A program made the translations under genes and the position numbers. A DNA stretch of 64,000 nucleotides, from the NCBI GenBank assembly GCA_000388065.2, contig KB932202.1, one strand, 5' to 3'. Below, in pieces: positions 1-13,500 of the stretch. The notes beneath the pieces are model-generated. The model was not told the DNA's origin. It ran no database searches and saw only the letters and a list, made by a program, of their open reading frames with translations. The DNA comes from Fonticula alba ATCC 38817 (lineage: Eukaryota; Protista; Nucleariida). Every line of letters begins with the position of its first letter. The first letter of the stretch is position 1.

Positions 1-71
1 TTCCCTCGCTCCCTGGCTGCGCCCCCCCCCCCCCCCCCCCTCCCCACTCGCCCTCTTCGGACTCCCGATAG

Positions 72-3000
72 CCATAATATTTCGGTCCTGCCCTTCTGGC
101 TGCGCACCGGTGCCACACCCACCTTCTATGTGAGCCAGGCCTCGGCGCAGATCTCCACTTGGATGACCTCCACCGGGCGCCGGGTGCGCGGGCAGACCGA
201 GGCCCAGCGCCTGGCTGCCCGTGAGCTCCGCCACAGCGAGCTCCTGCTCAACAAGCGCATCAGCCATCTGATCGACTTTGGCCTGTATCGGTTTGTGCAA
301 ACCACCGATCGCGAGGTGCTCACCTTCCGCCGACGGATGGTGGGCCTCCGGTGGCGTGCGCTGGCCCAGCGTGCCGGCCGGCATCTCCACGAGGGAGCCG
401 ATGGCTCCTCCTCGGCCACCCATGCCAGCCCGCGCATTCATCCGGCCGATTACATGACCGAGCCCTTCCTCGACACATTGCCCTTTGACCTGGAGCCGCA
501 CATTGCCCAGGGGTCCAGCCCGGCACTGGCCGTGACTGATGCCACGGACACCGCTCCCCGGCGGGCGGTCATCCGGCTGAATGTCATGGTCGGCTCGGTC
601 AACCGGGCCGTCTTGGCCCAAGTAGACGAGACCGTGGACCAGCTGATCACCAACAATGTGCTGAAGTTCTGGCGCAAGCTCAGCCTCCCGGAGGACAGCA
701 CCTGCGACGATTATGTCCTGAAGCTGGCCGGCTCGGCGGACTACCTGGGTGGACCGCATCCCTTGCTGTCGTTCGAGGCCATCCGTCGGGCCGTGAGCCG
801 GCGCGAGTCCATCGTCGTCCGGCTCCTGCCAAAGGGCGATCTCCTGACCCAGGACAGCCAGTGGACCGAGAACTGGGACCTCATCGAGGACACGGTCGGC
901 CGGGCGGGCACCCATCAGCAGCTTTCCTCGCTGGACCGGGCTCCGGAAGACATTCGGACCCTCTCCCTGTGGGATCTCCATCAGCCGCTGCGTGTGCGCG
1001 TCCTTGGCCTGGACAACTTGAGTGCCGCCCTTGCGGCCGGTGCGGCGGCCGCCGCGGCCGCCGACAAGTCGCTCCCCGCCCTGGAGCAGGTGTATGTCGA
1101 GGCGGCCCTCTACCATGGGGGCGAGCTGCTGGGCATCACCTCGGCCGCCGGGGATGATGAGCTTGCCGTGCGCGAGGCGGCCACTCGGCGGTCCGTGCGC
1201 CGGACGACCTTCGCCGCGGTTGGCTCTCAGCTCAGCGGCCCGGGCGGGCCCGGGCTCGGCCACATCCGGTGGGACTCCTGGCTGACCTTCGGCGTGCGTT
1301 TGCAGGACCTCCCGCGTGCGACACGCCTCTGCCTGACGGTCTACGGCCGGGCCGGGTCGGGCACCGGGTCGGGCACGGCCATTCCCCTGGGCTGGGTGAA
1401 TTTCCTACTGATGGACTCGGCCGGGCAGCTGGCCCAGGGGGTCATCGGTGGATTGCATCTGTGGCCCTCGGAGGCGGCCAATCCCATTGGCTGCTGCGTG
1501 CCGAACCCCTGCCCGGATGCGGCCAAGCGCTTCACCCTCTACCTCCAGCTGGATGAGTATTCGGTGCCGGTCATGCATCCGGACGAGTTGCCGGGATTGG
1601 ATTTGGCCCCGAAGACCGGCGACATTTCTCCCGAGGGCACGGAAGCCGCCACCCTGGCGATGGGGGACGGGCCGAAGCCGGCCCCGGTGCCGGAGGCCAT
1701 TGAGCAGCCGGCTCCGGCCGAGCTGGCCATCCTCGAGCGCGTCCGCCAGATGGACCCCCTGAGCAAGTTGGATCCCGGAACCAAGCGCCTGGTGTGGCGG
1801 CACCGGCGGTTCCTGCGTCAACGCTACCCGGACGCCCTGCCGAAGCTTCTCCTGTCGGCTCCCTGGGACCGGCAGGCCGATGTCGCCGAGGCCCGGGAAC
1901 TGGTGGCCAATTGGCCGCGCCTGGAGCCGGAGGCGGCGCTCGAGCTGTTGGATGCCAACTTTGCTGATGCCCATGTGCGGGCCTTTGCCGTGGCGCATCT
2001 GGCGCATTTGGACAATGCGGTTCTGGTGGACTTCCTGGTGCAGCTGATCCAAGTTTTGAAGTATGAGCCTTACCATGATTCGGCCCTGGCGCGGTTCCTC
2101 CTTCGCCGGGCTTTGGCCAGTCGCCGAGTGGGCCACCATTTCTTCTGGCACCTGCGGGCCGAGATGCACTGGCCCGAGATCCAGGTTCGCTTTGCCCTGT
2201 ATCTGGAGACCTACTTGCGCGGGGCCGGGTCCTATTTGCGGCACCTGGAGCGGCAGAGCAATGTCATCGGGCATTTGGCGCGCGCGGCGCTGGCCATCAA
2301 GCCGGCCAAGAATTCCGAGCGTCGGGCCATCCTCCATCGGCACTTGGCGGACTTGGCGCCGGGTGTGATGGGCGCCGGCATGGAGGCCCCCTTCGAGCTG
2401 TCGCTGAACCCCCGTTGGGAAGCATCCGGCGTGCTGGTCGACCGGTGCAAGTTCATGGGCTCCAAGAAGCTTCCCCTGTGGCTGGTATTCGAGAATGCCG
2501 ATGCTCCGCATGGGCCGCCGCACCATGTCATCTTCAAGTCCGGCGACGATTTGCGCCAGGATATGCTCACCCTGCAGATGATTGGCCTGATGGACAAGAT
2601 GTGGAAGCGCCATGGGCTGGACCTGCGCATGCTGCCATACGGGTGCATTTCTCTCGGCGATCAGGTCGGCATGATCGAAGTGGTCCTCAATGCCGAAACC
2701 GTGTCCGACATTCAGTTCATGTATGGCGGCTCGACGGCCGCCTTCCGGGAGACGCCGATCGCCGACTGGCTCCGGGGGCTGCACAAGAATGAGGAGGACT
2801 ACATGAAGGCGGTGGACAACTTCACCCTTTCCTGTGCCGGCTACTGTGTGGCCACCTACATCCTGGGCATCGGCGACCGTCACAATGACAACATCATGGT
2901 CACCACGTCCGGGCAGCTGTTCCACATTGATTATGGCCACTTCCTGGGCAACATCAAGCGCAAGTTCGGCTGGAAGCGCGAGCGGGCTCCCTTCGTCCTG

Positions 3001-3318
3001 ACGCCGGACTTTGTCTATCTGATGGAGACCAAGTGTCCGAATGAGTTCGAGCGCTTCCAGGATCTCTGTGTCCAGGCCTACCTGATTGTCCGTCGTGATG
3101 CCCGGCTCTTCTTGAATCTTTTTGCCATGATGCTGTCTACCGGCATCCCGGAGCTCAAGCATGCCGATGACATTGGGTATCTGCGTGATGCCCTTTGCCT
3201 GGACTTGTCCCCGGAGGAGGCGGCCGCCGAATTCCGCTCTCTCATCAGCGAGTCCCTTCGTCTTGGCTGGTCGACCCAGCTCAATTGGCTCATTCACAAC
3301 TTGGTGCACCAGCGGTGA
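72..3318 (+). CDS. Class I phosphatidylinositol 3-kinase catalytic subunit (p110-like); 5'-partial, final ~3.2-kb exon
   Basis: The open frame extends upstream of the ORF-track start to an AG acceptor at 70-71 that follows a poly-C tract. The protein has a p110-like linker (LLNKRISHLIDFGLYRF..DREVLTFRRRM), a Ras-binding-like region (YVLKLAGSADYL), a C2 domain (LPRATRLCLTVY..PLGWVNFLLMD), a helical domain (ALELLDANFAD..LIQVLKYEPY), a kinase domain (MGSKKLPLWL, FKSGDDLRQDML, GIGDRHNDNIM, HIDYGHFLG, KRERAPF) and a class-I-type C-terminus (GWSTQLNWLIHNL). Confidence 0.93.
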
Positions 3319-4903
3319 TGAACACCGGGGGGGGGGCGGGGGGCGGGGCCTTCCCTTTCTCCTTCTTCTCCAATAGCACATCCATGTCCTTGTTTTTCTT
3401 TTCCCCTCTCCGTCTTTCCTTGTACTTGGGATTGCCCCTCCGGCTGGGGCAGGTCTTCCCCTGGCTGCCTTGGCCGTGCGGGTGCGCAGCCCACGCGCGT
3501 ACATGTGCCCATGTTTGAGAGGATGCGGCCGGGGGGGGGGGGGGGGAGGAACTGGGGGGAATATCATCAAAGCCCAGGGCGCTTGCCAGGTGTGGATATC
3601 TCCCTGTGTGTGGCGACCTGGGCCCACACCATCAGGACCCCATGGCCACCCTGGCACCTGAGAGAGAGAGAGAGAGAAAGGCCCTATTTGTGGACCCTTC
3701 TCGGCTTGCCAGGGGTAAAATGCAGGGCTCCCCCCAGACTCGCACGGGGGATACACCTGCACACGCGGGTACAAAAATCACATCCCCAGCCGGGCGAGGT
3801 TCAGGGCAAGGACATGAGAAGCGGGGATTGTGGTGGCGGCCCGGGAAATTTCAACCCCCGCCCGTCCGCGGATGCGAGCCCATGCGCCGGCGCCGGCGAA
3901 CCGTACACAGCGGAGCGCGCTGCGGCCGCCGGGCCCCGGGGGTCCCCCGGTCACTGGCCAACCCCCGGAGAGCGTCGGTCGCGCCGCGCCGCCCCCCCCC
4001 ACTCCCCCCCAGTGAACCAATCAAGGCCGAAAAAGGGAGGCACGCTCTCTTGTCGAAGTATGTATATTGGGGTTACGGCCGCTAACGGGGGGCCGAGAAC
4101 ACGCTGATATGATGTGTATGTATATGTTGTATGTGAAGAGGAGGAGGGGAGAGAGGTCGATGTTGTCGAGGGCGGTGTGGTGGGTAGCCACACACACACA
4201 CGCACACACGACAACATTGGCCTCTGACCACCCCAAAAAGAAAGAGCGCCGGATGACCGTGCATGCACCGATGTCCCGTCATATGTGTGTCACCTCCCCT
4301 CGAGGGGGAGAACCCCAGACTGGGGACGCCCCCCCCCTGGCAAGAGGTGAACACAAAGAGGCGAAAAGATGCATCCACAGACACCCAGCGAGGGAACATC
4401 CAGAGAAGCCTTCATGAGAAGCGAATCCCGGAGTTTGGTCTGAAGAAAGTGGAGAGGCCGAGCAAGAGGGTGTTAAAAGGGAGAACGTGACAGCGAAAGA
4501 GCGAGGAAGGGGAGGAGGCTGCAGGAGAGCAGGAGGGGGGATTCATACAAAACCATAATCATCAATACCAAGAGGGGTACCACCGGAGGCTCATTCTAAA
4601 CAAGCCACCAGCTGCCCCAAGTGGTCGATATGCGTGGTGCATGGATGTGTAATCATCATGGGGGGGGGGGGAGGGGGGGAGGGGAAGGCGGGAGGGGAGG
4701 CGGGGGCCCGGGGCAGGCAGGACCGCATGGAGGAAGGGGACAAATTCAGAGAAGTACGCACCGGTGCGGGGCGAGGCCCGTGGAAGAGCCGAGCCGGAGC
4801 TCAGACACCCACCCGGCAGCGGCTTTTATACCACCGGTGGGCGGAGGGGAAAAGCCCCACCATCGGGGGAATGACATTTTCGCCATAGCCCGCCGGTGCG
4901 TGG

Positions 4904-6520
4904 TCATCTCAGCACCCAGCACCTGTTGGCGTCGGTGGTCAGTTGCTGGACCAGCTCCGGGCCGATGTACGGCCGGTCGTCCGGGTCCTGGGTCATGCAG
5001 GCGGTTGCCAGAGCGTCAAACTGCGCGACGATGTATGCCTTGGTTGCCAGGAAGGGCGCACGGGGGACCAGCCAGGGGGCCACCGGGACGAAGGCCGGCT
5101 GGTCGCCGCGGATGACCCGGGCGCCGATCTCGTCCGCCGACAGGCCCCGCCAGGGCCGGGCCCCGGTAAACATCTCGGTCACAATGACTCCGAAGGCGTA
5201 GACATCGGACTGGATGCGCACCGCCGGGTCATGGATGCGGGACTTGTCACGCCGAGCCACAAGAAGCTGCGGCGGAAGGAGAGGAGCAGCGACAAGGCAC
5301 GAGGCGCCGAGGCAGGGNNNNNNNNNNNNNNNNNNNNNNNNNNNNNNNNNNNNNNNNNNNNNNNNNNNNNNNNNNNNNNNNNNAATTGTTCCCCACCCCA
5401 AGCAGAATGGGCAGTTCGAGAGGAGCTGTATTGGAGAGGGGAGATGGGGGGGGGGGGGGGGGGGGGGGGAACTCCACAATTAGACCATGGCCTCAGGCAA
5501 GGAGCGCGACAAGTCGGCGGAGTACGCACCTCGGGGGCCGAGTACGCCGCAGTCATGCCGTCGATGAGGGAGTCATTGAGCAGGGCACTTGAGCGGGTGA
5601 TCGGCCGCGCCACACCGAAATCTCCCAGCACCGCCACCCAAGCCCCTGGACGGGTGGTGCCTTGGTCGGGCCCGGCACGTCGGGGGGCCGCCGGGTCCCC
5701 GGCCCGCAAGGTGCTCGGACGGACATAGTGCGGGTCATAGTCGAGGAAGACATTGGCTGGCTTGACATCACAGTGGGCGATTTGGTTGTCGTGCGCATGG
5801 CGCAGGGCCATGGCTGTGGTGAGGCAGGCGGAAAGGGGGGGGGGAGCGGCGGAGGGGCGGCGTGGAAGCCGGGGAACCGGCGTGCACGTGGGTGGGACAA
5901 CAAACCAGAGATCCAGGCACCAGGCAACGGTCAGACATGGGGCCCCGGTGCAGAGAAAAAAAGCGGGAGGGGGGGGGAAGAAAGATGGCTGCCAAAACAT
6001 GAACAACGGACCAAGCTGCTCCAGGATGATGGACAGGTGGCGGAAGGAGGCACGCGGCATGGGGACCTGGCCCTCGACCGGCGGCTCGGAGGAAGCATCA
6101 TCACCAAACGCCTCGCCATTGGCATGGGTGCTGGCGGCCGCATCGGCCAGGAAGGCCGCCAGATCGGTGGTGTAGCGCTGCAGGAAGATGACATACGGCC
6201 GCTCGCTGTAGCCGATGATGTTGGCAATGTGCGCCGCACCGGGCCCTTGGGACTCGGCCAGGGCCCACATGACGGACACCTCCTGCAGGAACATGTCGCG
6301 CTTTTGCTGCAGCGCCTTGCCATCGTCCGGCAGGTGGGTCTTTCGCAAGGTCGAGATGCAGGATACCTTGGCGACGGCGGTGTTGCTGCCGGCGCGCTCG
6401 GCCATGCGCGGGCACAGGAGCGTCACCGGCAGCACACTAGCCTGGGTGCCCTCGCCGAGCGGGACCGGCATCGAGGTGTTGCTCCAGTCGGTGGACGTGT
6501 TCAGGGAGTTGGTCGAGTCG
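4904..6520 (-). other. Protein kinase catalytic domain of the receptor (exons 6-8)
   Basis: All the main catalytic motifs are present. The catalytic loop DVKPAN is Ser/Thr-type. The intron after APE (donor at 5529) spans the N gap and rejoins in phase 0 at 5266. Confidence 0.9.
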
Positions 6521-7547
6521 AAGGAGGGCAGTGACAGCAGGGGCGGCGACAGACGCTCCGCCTCCATGGCATTCACCACCCGCGGCGTGAGACCGGAGGA
6601 GGGCCCTGGCCGCAGGATCGGCGTCAGGGTCGGCAGGCCGGTGCTCAATGGGTCACTCGAATCCGGATCCGAGCCAGACGACCCCGAGTGCATGGAGGAG
6701 GTAGGCGACCGGGTGAGCGAGGAGTGCGAGCTGGACTCGATGAAGTAACCCTTGCCGCTCTTGCTAGGGCCGAAGCCCGGGCGCAAGATTCGCCGGATGT
6801 CCGATGTATCGACCGCGAGCGCGAAGTCCACGCGCAGAATGCCCGGCAAAGCAAGGGCTTGGGGGGGGGGGGGGGGGGGGGGGGGAAATAAGCCGGAGGT
6901 GAGTTGGGACCATCGCGCGATCGCGGCCGGGGCGGGGCCACAAAAAAAAGCACACCGCAGGGAGTCAAGGGGAGTGCGGCAGGGGGCGAGCGAATGGATG
7001 AATGATCGAAAGCCGACCAGGGCCGCCGTACCAGGAAGCGTATTCATGATGGTCATGTCTTCGGGATTGACCCCCTCGACGGATTTGTCTGAAAGGAAAA
7101 AGGGTCAGCCACGGGGCCAAGGGGGAAAGGCAGGAGGATGGGGGGGGGGGGGGAGGGAGAAAGGGCCAGCGAGAGGGAAAGAAAGTGAGCGAGGCAGGCA
7201 GCCGCCCCACATGGACCACCTATTCGGCTGGGTGGAATTTCACCGTGGCCCATTGAACGCACCATCCTGCGACATGTCCCCTTCCGGGCCCTCAATGCGA
7301 TCCATGACCAGAATGGTCTCGGAAATGTGCGTCGGGTAGCCGACCCCGAAGAAGGCCGCCCGCAGCGAGGCCTTCTGCTTGCTTTCCGAGGCAGCCTTCA
7401 GCCGGTGATAGCGCCAGCAGCCGAAGAACAGCCAGAAGCTAAATAGCGTGGCCAGGATCAAGGCAAAGCCAACGCCCATGACTACCCACAGGAGGATGAC
7501 ATCTTTTGGACCACACATGTCCCACGGGAACCGAGCGAAAGAGAGAT

Positions 7548-7586
<39 letters not shown>

Positions 7587-10500
7587 CAGAAGTAACGAAA
7601 TGCCCAGGGAGGGGAGGGTAGGAGGAAAAAGAGTCAGGACCAAGGCCAAGCACCGGCAAGGGCACAGGGGACGGCCCCCGAGGGACACACGCACCCGCGC
7701 CACTGAAGCAGCGATTAAGAGGGTCCTGAGTGCCGGCCTCCCGCAAGATTGAGCAATCCAGTCGCCCGGTGCAGCCCTCGATGCCGGCGTCCGTGCATTG
7801 CTCGCATGCTGGATGACAGGCAAGACACGCCATCGGCACGACGGGCAGGATGGTGGGCCGCGGGATTTCCGACCCCGACACGGTGGACCCCACCGGCCAG
7901 GATGAGGCGGCCGAAGAGTGGCTGTCGGTGGCATTCTCCGACTGCGACAGCAGGCCCACATCGGCCCATGGGGCCTCCAGATCGTAGGACCCATAGAAGC
8001 CCTTCGGGCATTCCGGCAGACAGGACACCAGCTCGGGATTCTCAGTCGAGGGCAGCCGGAAGAAGCCGTCAAAGCAAGTGAGGCACATTGGCGACGTCGT
8101 CGGGATGGGCACCCCATCCACCGAGACGCCAAATACACAGGACCGGCAGCCCGACGGACAGGGCACACACGCGCCCGTGTGAATGTCAATCCCGAAGCCA
8201 GGCTCACACTCATCCTCGCAGGAAATGAGCTCATGCTCGCCAGCGATGTCCACGGCCGCCAGGGCCATTTCGCCGAGTTCGCTCTCGGGAAGAAGCCTCT
8301 CCCGCCGGAGGCCCTCGATCACCATGCACGAGGGCATCGACGCACGAGCCTCCACGCTGCGCCTGGCCGCCAGCAACTTCCGCTGCTGCCCACACTGGGT
8401 GCAAGTGCTGGCGCAAATCCGACACCACCCAGGCAAGGTCAGGGGGACCTGGCCCGGAGGACAGGTCGAGCCACAGGTGCCCCATGGACCGGCCCCACGC
8501 CGGGCGCCCAGCTGACACTCGAAGCAATCGAAGACCGGATGCGGCCCCCGACAGCTGTGGCAATGCGACGGACAGGAAATGCAATGCCGCTTGATGGGCT
8601 CCACAAAGTAGCCAGTCGGGCAGTCCTGCAAGCAAAGGCCAGCCATGCCCGGCGGAGCATCAAGAGGCTTCAGGTCCAGCAGATTGCGCCCGGGAATGCA
8701 GGACTGACACTGGCTCGCGAGCGGCCCGTAGCAGGTCATACAGGCCCCATGGCATGGCTGGCAGACTGGAGTCGCGCCGGTCGAAGAGCCGCCAGCATTC
8801 TTCGGCAGGAAGAAGCCCGGCCCGCAGGAGGGCCGACAGGTGCCCGATTGCAGGACGAACCCCGGATCGCAAGAAAGACATTCCCGATTGGAAGGACCGC
8901 TGCAGGAGGCACAGAAGGGATAGCAGGAGAAGCACGCCTGCGTGGTCGTTGAATTACCGCCGCCGCCGCCGCTGCTGCTGCTGCTGCTGCTGCTGTCGCT
9001 GTTGGCCCCGCCGCCACTATCGCCATTGCTCCCATCGTCAATGCTGCCACCGGTGGGGGAGACGAAAAAGCCACTGGAACAGGCATTCACACAGGAGCCC
9101 TCCTGCAGGAAATCCGTCGGGCTCTCGCAGGAGAGACACTCCGCAGATTGGGCGCCAAAGCAAGAGCCGCAACCCGTCGAGCAGCTCGCACACACGGCTC
9201 CGCGCGCGAACCTCCGCGGACCACAATCAACCACACATTGGCCAACTGCCGGCCCCACGGTGGGGGTCAGATTGGAGCTCAGGAAGAAGCGCCCCCGCTG
9301 GCAGGCAGTGCAGTCCCCGGGGCCGGGACCGATGCATGAAAGGCAGCTACTGTGACAAGCCTGGCAGCCGCGTGTCGAGGCGGGCTCCGGTCCGGGATCT
9401 GCCTCAAGGACAACTTCGAACCACCGGATGGGCGAGCAGGCCGAAATGCACATGGAGTCCTGCAGGACACTGCCAGCGGGGCAGGACGTGCACGTTGTCA
9501 ACCGGGAGGATGTGCACCGCAGGCAGGAGGAATGGCAGGGCAGGCACACGGCCAGGCCGCCATCCACCCCACCGGACTCCGGGGATGCCGAGGCATATGT
9601 CCGGCTGGGGCACGACTCAAGGCATGACCCCATCAGCAGGTGGTCCGGATTCGGGACTGTCTGTTGGAGTTCGGGCGAATAGAGCAACAACCCGGAGCCA
9701 GCGCGACAGGAAAGACACTCCTCCGGGTCCGGTCCGAGGCATTCCCCGCAAGTACCATGGCAGGGCGCACACGAACCATCAAGGCCCATGAAATGCCCGG
9801 AGGGACAAACATCCTCCGACATGCAGGTGCCCGACTCGGCAAGCTGATAGCCCAGCCGGCAGCTGGTGCATGCGCTCGAGGTCGGGCCCACACATGTCTT
9901 ACACAGTGGGTGACATGGCTCGCAAATGCCCGCCTCGGCATCCAGGAAGAAGCCCGAATGGCAGGCCTCCACGCAGAATCCCTGCTGAAGCACCTTGCCA
10001 TCGGGACAACTTGTGCAGCTGTCGGCCGCCAAGCCGGAGCACGTCCGGCAGGACGCATCACATTCGGCACAGGCAAAGCCACCCTGCTCCGGCGAGAGTG
10101 CCAGCAAAACATGCCCGTCGGCACATTCGAGACATGTGCCCAGGGTCGTTGAGGAGGAGCACCTGACACAGGCCGGCCCATCGGCACAGGGGGCACACAC
10201 AGCCATGTCGTCGGGGCCCGAGCCGCCGAACAGCGACTCCTCGAAGGTGGCCGGGGTCGGCGGGGCCATGCCATCTGCACAGTAGGCCGCGCAGACCAGC
10301 CCATCACGCAGGAAGCCCGGCGCGCAGCCGATGCAATCCCCCGGGCCCGGGCCCGCACACCCGGTGGTCGAGTCACATGTGGCATGGCACTCGGCGCAGA
10401 CACCGGTTTCCCCGTCGCCGAGCAAGCCGCGACTCTTGTCCAGGAAGGCCCCAGTCCAGCAGGAAAGACACTGACTCGGGTCCGACCCGGAGCATGTCCG

Positions 10501-13500
10501 ACACCGGGTGTTGCAACGCTGGCAGACGTCCACACCGCCGAGCTCCCGCGGAAGGGTGGCCGGCACGAAGAACGACGCGGCCGAGCACTGGGCCACACAG
10601 TAGCCATCCTCCAGAAGCAGCCCCTCGCGACATTGCATGCATTCTTGGCCATCCGGCGAGCAGGCGGTGCAGTCATCCCCGGCCATGCAGAGGACACACG
10701 CTCCAAAGCGGTCGCCCCACACCGGCGTGAACCCGGGATAGCATTCGCAACTTTCCTGGTCCGCCGTGCAAGTGGCCCCAGACGGGCAGTTGCAATGGAC
10801 ACCGGCCGTCCACAGGATCAGCCCCGAGGGGCTGCTCGGCCCATTGTCCAGCGACGAGGAGGAATCACTGAAGGTGCGCATTGAGTGGCTGGCTTGATCG
10901 CCCAGCAGCGAGGCACTCTGCAGGGTATAGGCCGCGGAAAGGCGCATGGCATGCATCGAATCGGAGCCACTGCCCCCCTTGAGACCGGCAAGCAGCTCCA
11001 TGCTGGTACGACGTGTGATGTAGATCTCCGGCACCCCATCGCCATTGAAGTCCCCGATGGAGATGGCCCCTGTGGGCGACGAAAAGCGCCAAGTGTTCAG
11101 GAAGACAGGCGCATCGTTGAGTGCCGCCTGGAAACGCTCCTCCGGGGTGGTCGCCTCCGCGGCAGATGTCGATGCCGCGGCACCGGCCGAATCCCGAGCC
11201 AAACCGGCCGCCGAGTCCTCCCGTAGGAAGAGCCCCCATGGCGAGGGCGTGGCCGCATGCGGGTCGATGAGGATTTTGTCAAAGCGCCGTGGGATCCCCT
11301 GGGCCAGGAAATTCTCATACACCACCAGGTGCCCCTGCTCGGTGAGGACCACCAGATCGATGTCTCCATCGCGATCCAGGTCGGCCAGTCGCACGGACCA
11401 GGGGGCCTCGCTCCATGCCTGCTCGATGATGAAAGCCGGCGATGGGGACAGGCGACATTGGAGATCCATGCATTCTGGCGACCAAACCCCCAGAGTGGGG
11501 ACATTTCGGCCAACCAGAACCAGCAACAAGTCCGGCCGGCCGTCGCCATCCAAATCATGCGTCCCATCCAGCGACACGACATTCGGATAGAAAAGCGGCA
11601 CGCCCAAAGGCGCCACCAGAAACTGGCTATGCTGGGTGGCGATGGCTGCCACCAGTCCCAGGCGGCTGGGGCCCGTCGATGTGGCTGACCGCCCCTGCCA
11701 GGGGGCATTGGCATCCAGCAGGAAGATGACATCCCCCCGGGGAGCCAGGCCGGCGCCTTCGGCAGAAGTGAATGCCGTGCGCCCGACCGACAGGGCTGCA
11801 TCTGACCCGGGAAGCGCCCCGTAGCCCACCAAACGCCCCCAGCTGAGCCGGACCATGAAGAGATTCGGCCGGGCCCCGGGCGAAGCACCAAGTTCCACGT
11901 CGAAATCGTGCGTCGGCACGCTGATTATGGCCAGGGGATCGCGCGTCGGTGCTCCGGCAACCGCAACCCGCGCCCCGGGCACCGCAAAGCCCCGGATGGT
12001 GGCCGACGCCGGGCGCGACATGTTGATCACCGTGCCCTTGAGGCCGCTGCGTTGGCCATTGGCCCGGGGCACGGGCGTCGAGTAGTAGATCACAGTCGTC
12101 TGGAAGGGGTCCGCCTCGGGGTCGGTCAGCGGTGGAGACCCACTCCCGAGGGCAATGCGCCGCGGACGCAGAACCAACAGCACGCCGATGGCATCGAACC
12201 CCGGGGAAAGGCCCAAGGCCGGGACCAATTGCAGTTCCGACAGCTGGCCACCGAGCACCACCTGCCGGGGCTCCGACCAAGTCAGCCCGCCGGCGCTGTC
12301 CGTTTTGGCTGACACCTGAAACAGCCGGCCCTGGATGTCAACCATGAAATAGGAGTCCCGATCGGCGAAGACAAAGCCAATGTCCGGGTCCCAATGCAGA
12401 GGGAGAATCCCCGTGTCCCGGAGTCCAAACATTGACCCGGGCCAGGGGGAGTCCAACCGCAAGGGGACATTCTTCTGGTCGATCGGCTTGCACCGGCCGC
12501 GGATGACCGACCATGCTTCGCCGGCCGGCCCCGGCCCCGGCCCCGGCCCCGGCCCCGGCGCCGAGGAAGAGGAAGATGTGGCCGAAAGGGCGCCAGACGG
12601 GATGTCCGGCAGAAGGGCGGCCGCTTGCTTTCGCAGGGCCTCCATGATGGGCGAACTGTGGATCGGATTTCTCAGCTGGCCGGCCTGCTGGAGCAGCTTG
12701 CGCGAGTGTGTCGGGTATAATTCGCTTGGTGGGGTTTCCTCGAGATCACAAGTCCTGGAACAAACACCATCCGCCCGCAGAACCAGCCCCGGGGCACACT
12801 GATAGCAAATGCCCGTTCCGTCATCGCGGCAGTCCAGGCAGTCTTCCGGGCACCGGCGGCAGACTGGTACAGCAGCCGACAGGAGTTCCGGCCGTGTGAC
12901 AGGGACACATGTCCGAGGAAATGGGCCCGGCAGAGGGAGGAAGGGACACCGGAAGTTAGCGCATGATGGGGCAGAGGATGATGGCACTTTGGGGGTCGGA
13001 AGCGAAAGAAGGACAGATGCCAGGCGGGAGGAGGAGCATTCGCACATGGGAAGACACCCGATCCCGGGGCACAGGCCCGGCAATAGCCGGTGAAGTTGTG
13101 GATGAACTGCTCGCTGGCACAGGCGCAGGGAGCCCAGAAGTCCGGCTCATGCATGGCCGGCGGTGGCCATGTGCTGGGAACATCGGCACATGTGCCCCCC
13201 GCACCGCAGCCACACCCGACCAGTGTCGAAGACCGGCTATACACCTCCACCGAGTGCCGGCCCCGCAGAGATACCACCAACTCGGCGAAGCCATCGCCAT
13301 CGAGATCCGCCGCCCAGAAGGCCGTGATCGACAGCGGCGGCTCGTGGCCCTCGGCCGATAGGCGCTCGAACACCGGCGGCCGAAAGCCGACAGGTGCCTC
13401 GCTGAAAAGCATGGCATTCGTCTGGAAGATGGCATTGCTCGGCCGCTGGGGAAGCACCGCCAGTGGCCGGCTCAAAAACAGTCGGATGCGCGCCTGGCCC

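Noticed and set aside
1405-3774. 789-aa antisense ORF over the PI3K gene
   Set aside because: It is a shadow ORF produced by high GC and codon bias on the coding strand. There are no recognisable motifs.
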